Assembly: GCA_031428135.1 (NCBI GenBank)
Contig: JANPOT010000022.1
Coordinates: forward strand, 19,201 to 83,200
DNA from: Pseudobdellovibrionaceae bacterium
Lineage (GTDB): Bacteria > Bdellovibrionota > Bdellovibrionia > Bdellovibrionales > Bdellovibrionaceae
DNA: 64,000 bases
Reading direction: 5' to 3'
The translations under genes were made by a program, and so were the position numbers. Of this stretch, positions 56,163-64,000 are shown one piece after another. The number at the start of each line of letters is the position of its first letter. Position 1 is the first letter of the stretch. Below the pieces are notes generated by a model. The model did no database searches and had not been told where the DNA came from. It saw nothing but the letters and a program-made list of their open reading frames with translations.

Positions 56163-58816
56163 TACTTCATCTTCCTTTTTAATGTGGCCCTGGCCGCAGC
56201 TAACCTTGCAATAGGTACTCGAAACGGAGAACAACTGACGTAATCTAAATTCACATTTTCAAAAAATTCAATCGAATCCGGATCGCCGCCATGTTCACCG
56301 CAAACTCCGATTTTTAAATTTCCTTTGGTTTGTCGTCCCAGATCAACACCGGTTTTAACCAAAATTCCAACGCCCATTTGATCAATACTAACAAACGGAT
56401 CCTTATGAAAAAGCCCCTGGCTGACGTAACTTCCTAAAAACCGACCGGCGTCATCGCGCGACAATCCCAACGTCGTTTGCGTTAAATCATTTGTACCGAA
56501 ACTAAAAAAATCCGCATGCTTTGCAATTTCATGAGCTGTGATTGCTGCACGCGGAAGCTCGATCATTGTTCCGACCAGATAATCAAATTTTGTATTTGTT
56601 TCTTTCTGTACACGTTCAACGATATCAACAGTTTGCTTTCGTAATAATTGCAATTCCTTATCGGTTGCAATCAACGGAATCATAATTTCAGGAACTAGCT
56701 TTGTACCTTCCTTCGTTAGCTGGGCAACCGCTTCTGCGATAGCGCGCGATTGCATTTGATAAATTTCAGGGAATGTGACCGCTAATCTGCAACCACGATG
56801 ACCCAACATCGGATTAAACTCATGTAAAGCTTGAACTTTATTTCTTAATCGATTGATGTCGTAATTTATTCGCTTTGATAAGGATTCAATTTCAGATTCC
56901 GTGTGCGGTAAAAATTCATGGAGTGGTGGATCTAATAAACGAATTGTCACAGGAAAACCATCCATGATTTTAAATAACTGGTAAAAATCGTCTCTCTGCA
57001 TCGGTAAAATTTTTGCTAAGGCACGTTCACGTTCAGCTTTAGTTTCGGAAATAATCATTTCACGAACGGCATCGATTCGATCAGCACCAAAAAACATATG
57101 TTCTGTTCGACACAGCCCGATGCCTTCGGCACCAAATTCACGTGCTGTTTTGGCATCTTTGGGAGTATCTGCGTTGGTACGAACTTTCATCCGCCGAATT
57201 CCATCAGCGATTTTCATCAATCGGTCAAATGTTCCGTCTAATTTGGGTTCGATTGTTTTGACTTCACCCAAAAAAACTTCTCCGGTTGATCCATCCAAAG
57301 TAATGATATCACCTTTTTTTAAGACATAGCCCTTAACACGTAATTGCTCTTGGTGATAATCAACATCAATTTCAGAACATCCAGCAACACAACATTTTCC
57401 CATACCACGGGCCACGACGGCCGCATGCGAAGTCATACCACCACGAGATGTTAATATTCCAATGGCCGCAATCATCCCAGCGATGTCTTCCGGTGAAGTT
57501 TCAACACGAACTAAAATAACTTTTTCGCCGCGCTCTTTCATTAAAACGGCATCTTCAGGAGTAAATACAATTTTACCACACACTCCACCAGGACTGGCTG
57601 GCAGACCTCTGGCTAAAGTTGTTTTTTGAGCCTTGGGGTCAAGTGTCGGATGCAATAATTGATCGAGCGAAGCTGGATCAATTCGCAAAATCGCTTCTTC
57701 GGCAGTAATTAATTTTTCATCAATCATATCTAAAGCAATTTGAATGGCTGCCTTTGCTGTCCGCTTGCCGTTTCTGGTTTGCAACATCCATAATTTATTT
57801 TTTTCAATTGTGAATTCAATGTCTTGCATGTCTTTGAAATATATTTCTAATTTTTTATAAATAATTTCTAAATCTTGATAAGGTCCTGGCATAATTTCTT
57901 TGAGTATTGAAATCGTCTGCGGTGTTCTGATTCCTGCAACAACGTCTTCACCTTGTGCATTGACTAAAAATTCACCGTAAAACTTTTTTTCACCTGTGCT
58001 GGGATCACGAGTGAATGCTACTCCTGTGGCCGAATCATCACCTAAATTTCCAAACACCATTGACTGAACGTTAACAGCCGTTCCCCAACTGGCAGGTATA
58101 TCATGCAACTCACGATACGTAATAGCACGTGCTGTGTTCCAGCTTTGAAAAACTGCACTGATTGATCCCCATAATTGTTCATAGGGATCTGACGGAAAAT
58201 TTTGACCCGTCATTTGTTTAACCATGTCTTTGAATTTTAAAACTAATTTTTTTAAATCTTCGGCTGTCAGGTCCGTATCGTTATGAATACCTTTTTCGGC
58301 CTTTAAATCCTCAAGCGTCACTTCTAATAACGATGAATTCATTCCCATCACGACATCAGAATACATTTGAATAAAGCGTCGGTACGAATCCCATGCGAAA
58401 CGTGGATTATTCGATGATGCTGATAATCCTTCGACTGTCTGATCATTTAAGCCTAAATTTAAAATTGTATCCATCATTCCAGGCATCGATGCGCGAGCTC
58501 CCGATCTGACGCTGACTAATAATGGGTTTTTTGTGTCACCAAATTTTTTACCAATTTTTTTTTCAACACGTTCTAATGCAATTTTTGCGTCAACCTTCAC
58601 CCAGTCAGGCAGTTTGCCACCTTCAGAATAAAAATGCGTGCAAATGTCAGTTGAAATCGTAAACCCGGGGGGGACCGGCAACCCTAACGAAGTCATTTCA
58701 GCCAGATTCGCACCCTTGCCGCCTAATAAATTTTTCAGACTTGCTCCGCCTTCGGATTCTCCGGCTGCAAAAAAATAAATGAATTTTTCAGGACGTTGTA
58801 ATTTTTGTTCAGACAT
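56162..58816 (-). CDS. ppdK: Pyruvate, phosphate dikinase
   Basis: GGKGANLAEM, SMPGMMDT, GGMTSHAAVVARG, GTNDLTQ, CGEHGG. Confidence 0.97.
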   Translation of the reverse strand: MSEQKLQRPEKFIYFFAAGESEGGASLKNLLGGKGANLAEMTSLGLPVPPGFTISTDICTHFYSEGGKLPDWVKVDAKIALERVEKKIGKKFGDTKNPLLVSVRSGARASMPGMMDTILNLGLNDQTVEGLSASSNNPRFAWDSYRRFIQMYSDVVMGMNSSLLEVTLEDLKAEKGIHNDTDLTAEDLKKLVLKFKDMVKQMTGQNFPSDPYEQLWGSISAVFQSWNTARAITYRELHDIPASWGTAVNVQSMVFGNLGDDSATGVAFTRDPSTGEKKFYGEFLVNAQGEDVVAGIRTPQTISILKEIMPGPYQDLEIIYKKLEIYFKDMQDIEFTIEKNKLWMLQTRNGKRTAKAAIQIALDMIDEKLITAEEAILRIDPASLDQLLHPTLDPKAQKTTLARGLPASPGGVCGKIVFTPEDAVLMKERGEKVILVRVETSPEDIAGMIAAIGILTSRGGMTSHAAVVARGMGKCCVAGCSEIDVDYHQEQLRVKGYVLKKGDIITLDGSTGEVFLGEVKTIEPKLDGTFDRLMKIADGIRRMKVRTNADTPKDAKTAREFGAEGIGLCRTEHMFFGADRIDAVREMIISETKAERERALAKILPMQRDDFYQLFKIMDGFPVTIRLLDPPLHEFLPHTESEIESLSKRINYDINRLRNKVQALHEFNPMLGHRGCRLAVTFPEIYQMQSRAIAEAVAQLTKEGTKLVPEIMIPLIATDKELQLLRKQTVDIVERVQKETNTKFDYLVGTMIELPRAAITAHEIAKHADFFSFGTNDLTQTTLGLSRDDAGRFLGSYVSQGLFHKDPFVSIDQMGVGILVKTGVDLGRQTKGNLKIGVCGEHGGDPDSIEFFENVNLDYVSCSPFRVPIARLAAARATLKRKMK

Positions 58817-58837
58817 TGTGATGTTCCTTTAAATAAA

Positions 58838-60223
58838 TTAAAACTGTTTCAATTGAACTGAAATATACTGATTCAATTCTGAAATTTTAATACGCACTTG
58901 GGTCATTTTATCACGATGACGAACAGTGACTGATTGGTCATTGATTGTTTCAAAATCATAGGTCACACAAAACGGCGTTCCGATTTCGTCTTGACGGCGG
59001 TAACGTTTTCCGATGGATGCAGTTTCATCATATTGCACATCAAAATCTTCAGCCAGCTGATCTCGCAATTTCATTGCTGGAATTGATAATTCGTCCTTTT
59101 TTGATAATGGCAAAACGCAAACTTTAATCGGAGCAATATCAGGATGCAGTCCCAATACGACACGAATGTCTTCGGTGACTTTCCCGGCTTCATCGGTCAT
59201 GAGCGTGACTTCTTCCCGGTAGGCATCGCACATAAATGCTAAAAATAATCGATCACACCCGACGGCTGTTTCGATGACAAATGGAATAAATTTTTCTTTG
59301 TTCGCTTCGTCAAAATATTCTAAATTTTTACCAGAAAATTTTTGATGTTGCGTTAAATCAAAATCAGCGCGGTTGTGGATTCCTTCAAGTTCTGAAAATC
59401 CCATGGGGAATTGATATTCGACATCGACTGCTGCTCTGGCATAATGTGCTAATTTTTCATGATCTTTGAATTTTAAATTTTCTTCACGGATTCCGAATTT
59501 TAAATAAAATTGTTTGCGCAATTCTTTCCATTCAGAGAAATATTTTTCATCCGTTCCGGGCTTGACGAAATATTGCATCTCCATTTGTTCAAATTCACGT
59601 GTTCTGAAAATAAAATTACCCGGCGTGATTTCATTTCGAAATGATTTGCCGATAGCTGCAATCCCGAATGGAATTTTATACCTGCTGGATTGTTGGCAAT
59701 TTTGAAAATTCACGAAATGTCCTTGAGCAGTTTCTGGGCGCAAATAAACAACAGCGCTGGTGTCTTCAAGTGGGCCCATGTGTGTTTTAAACATTAAATT
59801 AAATTGGCGTTCTTCGGATAAATTTTTTGATCCGCACTGGGGACATTGTTTTTTATTTAAATATGAATCTGTGTTATCTGCGCGAAATCGCGTTTTACAA
59901 TCTTTGCAATCGACCAAAGGATCTGAAAACCCATCAATGTGGCCCGATGCTTTCCAAACTGTGGGATGCATTAAAATCGCAGCATCTAATCCCACAATAT
60001 CAGAACGCCTGGTCATCGTATTCCACCAAGCACGTTTCACGTTCATTTTCATGACTGAACCCAACGGACCGTAATCCCAACAACTGCCCAGGCCACCATA
60101 AATTTCAGACGATTGAAAAACAAATCCGCGGCGTTTTGAAAGACCGACTAATGTTTGTAAATCTTTGAGCCTGCGAATTGTTGGTTTTTGTTTTTGAATT
60201 TCGATGGGTGTTGATTCAGACAT
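58838..60223 (-). CDS. glyQS: Glycine--tRNA ligase, homodimeric type
   Basis: [36 protein letters not shown]; start reassigned to ATG 60223. Confidence 0.96.
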   Translation of the reverse strand: MSESTPIEIQKQKPTIRRLKDLQTLVGLSKRRGFVFQSSEIYGGLGSCWDYGPLGSVMKMNVKRAWWNTMTRRSDIVGLDAAILMHPTVWKASGHIDGFSDPLVDCKDCKTRFRADNTDSYLNKKQCPQCGSKNLSEERQFNLMFKTHMGPLEDTSAVVYLRPETAQGHFVNFQNCQQSSRYKIPFGIAAIGKSFRNEITPGNFIFRTREFEQMEMQYFVKPGTDEKYFSEWKELRKQFYLKFGIREENLKFKDHEKLAHYARAAVDVEYQFPMGFSELEGIHNRADFDLTQHQKFSGKNLEYFDEANKEKFIPFVIETAVGCDRLFLAFMCDAYREEVTLMTDEAGKVTEDIRVVLGLHPDIAPIKVCVLPLSKKDELSIPAMKLRDQLAEDFDVQYDETASIGKRYRRQDEIGTPFCVTYDFETINDQSVTVRHRDKMTQVRIKISELNQYISVQLKQF

Positions 60224-60449
60224 GATGTCGTCGCTTTCTTGCTGCTGGTTGCAGCCGAAAAAATATTTTATTTTGTTGGACCCATTCAGGCTACATAGCC
60301 CGCTGGTTATCGTCAAATTTGTTTGCCGTGGAATCACTGCGTTGCTGTCAAATTAAGCTATTTAAGATGCCGATATCCGAATTGGAGCCATCGCAGTTCC
60401 GTCATAGATCGCCAGTCACATCTATTTCATTTTTGCACCTGGCAAAGGC

Positions 60450-60785
60450 ATGAACAATCGCAATGAATTACAAACAGAATATTTTGACCTGATTAGAACT
60501 TTAAATAAAACGAATCGAAAGACAGATCAAAAAACAGAGCTTTCATTTTTTAAGCAACAAGATCCTGATAAAACGTGGTTTTTAGCATGCACAGTGAATG
60601 AAGAATTCTACCTAAGAATTGCAAATAGAATTTTGAATAAAAATTGGATCAACGAAGCCGCATTTCCGTTTCAAGAACTTGCAAAATATATCTTAAAAAA
60701 TAATGATTTAAATACTGCTGATATTAATTTAGCAATTAAATATTCGTTGCGGCGGATCTTCGCCAGTGAGTTGTCTGACGAGTAA
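60450..60785 (+). CDS. Unknown protein A, copy 1
   Basis: 72/106 identical (my count) to 61277..61597; conservation supports coding. Confidence 0.8.
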   Translation: MNNRNELQTEYFDLIRTLNKTNRKTDQKTELSFFKQQDPDKTWFLACTVNEEFYLRIANRILNKNWINEAAFPFQELAKYILKNNDLNTADINLAIKYSLRRIFASELSDE

Positions 60786-61139
60786 ATTAAGTTCTGCCTT
60801 CAGCGACCTTCCAGTTGACCTGAGTGGTTCATTCAGATCACTGATTGCGCATTCACCGCTAGAAATATCAATATGACAACACAGATAAACATCTTCGAAT
60901 GCCAAAAATGGCACGCCCGCACAATCAAATGTAAATACACATGCTCCTAGATCGTTATAGCGATTTTTTTCATAATGTTCTGATACCAAATCAACATTTT
61001 TAAAAAAAAACATTTCAATCGAATCCAAATCATCATAATTTTTAAAACTAAAACCTTTTGGTCGTTTGCAATTTGGGTCAGTATCAATAAATTTTTTTTT
61101 AATATAGCCGATAAATTTCAGACGCTTTTGGTATTCCAT
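60729..61139 (-). CDS. Unknown protein B, copy 1
   Basis: 94/136 identical (my count) to copy 2. Confidence 0.8.
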   Translation of the reverse strand: MEYQKRLKFIGYIKKKFIDTDPNCKRPKGFSFKNYDDLDSIEMFFFKNVDLVSEHYEKNRYNDLGACVFTFDCAGVPFLAFEDVYLCCHIDISSGECAISDLNEPLRSTGRSLKAELNLLVRQLTGEDPPQRIFNC

Positions 61140-61276
61140 AAAATAATGATCGGCCCAATTTCATCAATACAAAAATCGCTGGACCTTTTTAGTAGATTCG
61201 AATTTCAGAATTGAAAAAGCTCTACGAATAAAGACTCTGCTGATAGCAGCGAGCAAATATTGCACCTATCTGGGAT

Positions 61277-61597
61277 ATGAATAATCGCGATGAATTGCAA
61301 ACAGAATATTTTGAATTGATTAGAGCTTTAAATAAAACCAACAGGACTACAAACTTAAGAACAAATCTCTCGTTTTTCAGAAAAACAGATTTTGACGAAC
61401 AATTATTCTTAGCCTGTACAGTTAACAATGAATTTTACCTGAGGATAACTAACAAAAGTAAAAATCAAAGTTGGATACTTGAACCAGCGTTTGCTTATCA
61501 AGAACTGGCCAAATATATTTTAAAAAATACGGATATGGATTCTGAAGATATTAATTCAGCAATTATAAATTCTCTGCGGCGGATCTTCGCCAGTTAG
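61277..61597 (+). CDS. Unknown protein A, copy 2
   Basis: Colinear paralogue of 60450..60785. Confidence 0.8.
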   Translation: MNNRDELQTEYFELIRALNKTNRTTNLRTNLSFFRKTDFDEQLFLACTVNNEFYLRITNKSKNQSWILEPAFAYQELAKYILKNTDMDSEDINSAIINSLRRIFAS

Positions 61598-61966
61598 CTG
61601 CCTGACCAATGCATCCAGCTCTGCCTTAAGCGACCTACCATTTGATCGCAAACTCTCATTTAAATCTGATATCTCACATTCGTTTTTATATATATCTATA
61701 TGATAAGCCAAATAAGAATCCTCAAATGCTAAAATAGGATCACCCTCACAACTGAATGACAAAATACACGCTCCTAAATTTTCATACCTATGCTTTTCGT
61801 AGTACTTTAAAGCCTGCTCCTGAATCTCGAAATATCGTATTTCTATTGATTCCAAATCATCGTAATTTTCAAAATAAAACCATTTAGTACGTTTACAATT
61901 CGGATTCGAATCGATAAATTTTTTTTTAATGTAATCGATAAATTTCAGACGCTTTTGGTATTCCAT
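61556..61966 (-). CDS. Unknown protein B, copy 2
   Basis: Start reassigned to MEYQKR (61966) by alignment; same length (136 aa) as copy 1. Confidence 0.8.
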   Translation of the reverse strand: MEYQKRLKFIDYIKKKFIDSNPNCKRTKWFYFENYDDLESIEIRYFEIQEQALKYYEKHRYENLGACILSFSCEGDPILAFEDSYLAYHIDIYKNECEISDLNESLRSNGRSLKAELDALVRQLTGEDPPQRIYNC

Positions 61967-62021
61967 AGAGCACGGTTCGGCATCCATTCTCGATGGGATT
62001 AATAACTGGACTTTGACCAAC

Positions 62022-62522
62022 TTATTTACATTCTGAAACTAAAAAGCCACCTAAAAATGTTCCCAGTTTTTTACCTGAAGCATCACTCGCCACGACAATC
62101 GCTGATAGACCCATGTTATCAGAATCGCCGACGACGTAGACCTTGGCAGAACGAATCGCTGTTAAATCAAAACTTAATTTTCCTAAGCCCGCCAAAACTG
62201 GATCTGATTGGAGAGTTAATGCGTGCGCAATTAGTTTTTCACCTTGATTTAGGGTCGAATTACTCAAATCTGCTTCGCCTGTGAGGGCCGCACGGATTTT
62301 GTGTTCAGAGAAATCTGCTTTGTCTTCACGAGTAATTCCAGCCTGAGTCACAAGAGACACTAATTGACCGTCTTTATCGATGATTTGCATTAGAGTTTCT
62401 AATGCCGGTACTCCCGGAAATTCGATTTTCGTCGAACAACTTAAAATTTCAGTTTGCGCTGCGAAAACGCTCGTTCCCACAAATAATGATAAAATGCTGA
62501 ATGATAATGATGCAACTTTCAT
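62022..62522 (-). CDS. Secreted hypothetical protein
   Basis: SD AGGAG; signal peptide ending VFA; terminal Cys pair. Confidence 0.75.
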   Translation of the reverse strand: MKVASLSFSILSLFVGTSVFAAQTEILSCSTKIEFPGVPALETLMQIIDKDGQLVSLVTQAGITREDKADFSEHKIRAALTGEADLSNSTLNQGEKLIAHALTLQSDPVLAGLGKLSFDLTAIRSAKVYVVGDSDNMGLSAIVVASDASGKKLGTFLGGFLVSECK

Positions 62523-62654
62523 AAAATCTCCTTTTTAAAAACCTCTACATCGATTGAGCAAAAATGGTTCCTGTTGATGTACGCTATGAATTATTTGGCA
62601 CTTAGAAAATGTATAATGTTTTAACAGTGCCCGACAAAAGTCACTATCGAGAGC

Positions 62655-62682
62655 CTTGACAACCCCGGCCCCAACCCCTAAT
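62655..62682 (+). promoter_or_regulatory. Putative sigma-32-type heat-shock promoter
   Basis: CTTGAC-N14-CCCCTAAT resembles CTTGAA-N13-17-CCCCATNT, upstream of htpG. Confidence 0.5.
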
Positions 62683-62720
62683 TTGCCTCTCATACGTAAA
62701 ATAAATTAACGGAGGCCTCT

Positions 62721-64000
62721 ATGTCAGAAACGACAAAAAAAACGACTCAAAGCTTTAATGCTGAAATCAAACAATTATTAGATATCGTGATCCATTCATT
62801 GTATTCGCAAAAAGAAATTTTTATTCGCGAATTAATTTCAAATTCTTCGGACGCTATCGATAAATTAAAATTCGAAAGTTTAACAAACGCAAAATTAATT
62901 CCTGACAATAAAAAATTAGAAATCCGGTTAGTCCCAAACAAAGAAACTAATACTTTACAAATTATTGACACTGGTATTGGCATGAGCCCCGAAGAAGTCA
63001 CTCAGTTTATCGGAACGATCGCAAAATCTGGAACTAAAGCCTTCGCACAAATGAACAAAGAAATGAAATCAAAACCTGAACTGATCGGTCAATTTGGTGT
63101 TGGATTTTATTCTGCGTTTATGGTTGCTGACACAGTGACTTTACACACACAAAAAGCCGGAACAGATGTTGGTACTATTTGGGAATCATCTGGCGATGGC
63201 ACATACACAACCGAATCATCGCCTCGTTCCGAAGGATTTGGTACAACGATTACATTGAAATTAAAAAAACAAAATACTGAAAAAACCGAAGACGGCAATG
63301 AAACTGTCCAAGATTTTTCAGATACATGGACATTGAAATCCCTGGTTAAAAAATATTCTGATTTCGTAGCGTGGCCAATTCAGATGAATGTCACTTCAGA
63401 AAAAGAAAACGAAGAAACCAAAGTCAAAGAAACCGTCATTGATGATCAAACATTAAATAGCCAAAAAGCCTTATGGTTGCGCCCCGCTGCAGAAATTAAA
63501 CCCGAAGAGTACAATGAATTTTACCAACATTTAACAGACGACTGGCAAACACCATCAAAACACGTGCATTTCAAAGCCGAAGGCACAACTGAATTCACAA
63601 GTTTGTTCTATTTCCCTTCGAAAAAACCGTGGAATTATCAAATGAAAGATTATGAATTTGGTTTAAATTTATATATCAAGCGCGTTTTCATTATGGAAAA
63701 CTGCAAAGATTTATTACCGCCGTACTTACGATTTACAAAGGGCCTGGTTGATTCAAACGATCTGTCATTAAACGTTTCGCGTGAATTATTACAACAAGAC
63801 AGACTTGTTACTGTGATCCGAAAAAATATTGTTTCAAAAATATTCAGTACATTAAAAGACTGGTTAAATAAAGACCGCGCTGAGTATGAAAAATTTTGGG
63901 ATGAATTCGGCATCACATTAAAGGAAGGCATCCCTACGGACCCTGCTCAGGTTGAAAAAATTCAAGATTTATTATTATTTCAATCAACGAATTCTGATGG
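62721..64000 (+). CDS. htpG: Molecular chaperone HtpG (Hsp90), truncated by the window edge; absent from the ORF track
   Basis: SD GGAGG; MSETTKKTTQSFNAEIKQLLDIVIHSLYSQKEIFIRELISNSSDA, DTGIGM, GTIAKSGT, IGQFGVGFYSAF. Confidence 0.97.
   Translation, partial: MSETTKKTTQSFNAEIKQLLDIVIHSLYSQKEIFIRELISNSSDAIDKLKFESLTNAKLIPDNKKLEIRLVPNKETNTLQIIDTGIGMSPEEVTQFIGTIAKSGTKAFAQMNKEMKSKPELIGQFGVGFYSAFMVADTVTLHTQKAGTDVGTIWESSGDGTYTTESSPRSEGFGTTITLKLKKQNTEKTEDGNETVQDFSDTWTLKSLVKKYSDFVAWPIQMNVTSEKENEETKVKETVIDDQTLNSQKALWLRPAAEIKPEEYNEFYQHLTDDWQTPSKHVHFKAEGTTEFTSLFYFPSKKPWNYQMKDYEFGLNLYIKRVFIMENCKDLLPPYLRFTKGLVDSNDLSLNVSRELLQQDRLVTVIRKNIVSKIFSTLKDWLNKDRAEYEKFWDEFGITLKEGIPTDPAQVEKIQDLLLFQSTNSD

Larger units (their letters stand above)
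60440..61970. repeat. Diverged tandem duplication (about 827-bp period)
   Basis: Both A starts and both B starts are offset by 827 nt. Confidence 0.9.

Noticed and set aside
60224-60449. T-box riboswitch upstream of glyQS
   Set aside because: No T-box consensus or terminator/antiterminator found.
60367-60453. 28-aa ORF overlapping the start of protein A copy 1 (ATGA)
   Set aside because: No equivalent start-containing ORF in the second copy and no SD.
62597-62631. GGCACT…AGTGCC inverted repeat upstream of htpG as a CIRCE element
   Set aside because: The spacer is 23 nt rather than 9 and the arms deviate from TTAGCACTC/GAGTGCTAA.
481-63931. Many short opposite-strand or alternate-frame ORFs in the track (for example 481..903, 12025..12468, 31065..31451, 62747..63001, 63650..63931)
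   Set aside because: They are shadows of well-supported genes; the last ones are antisense to htpG.

Overview
AT-rich bacterial chromosomal segment. Gene content (TIGR02147 HTH paralogue, GGTVVGNGG-type secreted proteins, large L,D-transpeptidase, homodimeric GlyRS, RNase Y, SMC) points to a Bdellovibrionota predator; this is inference, not a database result. Most of the window is housekeeping: pyrC, lemA-TPM operon, trmH, acyl-CoA dehydrogenase, GS type III, nrdJ, iscS/iscA, DEAD-box helicase, tyrS, rny, zapA, ftsY, smc, ppdK, glyQS, a partial htpG missing from the ORF track, and one tRNA-Arg(UCG). No CRISPR array, transposase, integrase or prophage was seen. The accessory-looking parts are: (1) 11.9-14.1 kb, a haem-motif beta-barrel/cytochrome c/YceI operon with a hidden, start-less cytochrome c frame joined out of frame to a truncated gene at a G5 tract; (2) 32.4-37.9 kb, a photolyase-type gene cluster ending in an apparently Fe-S-free bacterial (6-4) photolyase; (3) 38.0-41.8 kb, a coupled operon behind a 28-bp palindrome, containing a TIGR02147 HTH gene, a gene split by an in-frame TGA and a putative nucleotidyltransferase/partner (TA-like) pair, followed by a palindrome-rich spacer with a small hydrophobic ORF; (4) 60.4-62.0 kb, a tandem duplication of an unknown convergent two-gene module whose 3' ends overlap in a conserved dual-coding segment. 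All family assignments come from motif recognition by eye.
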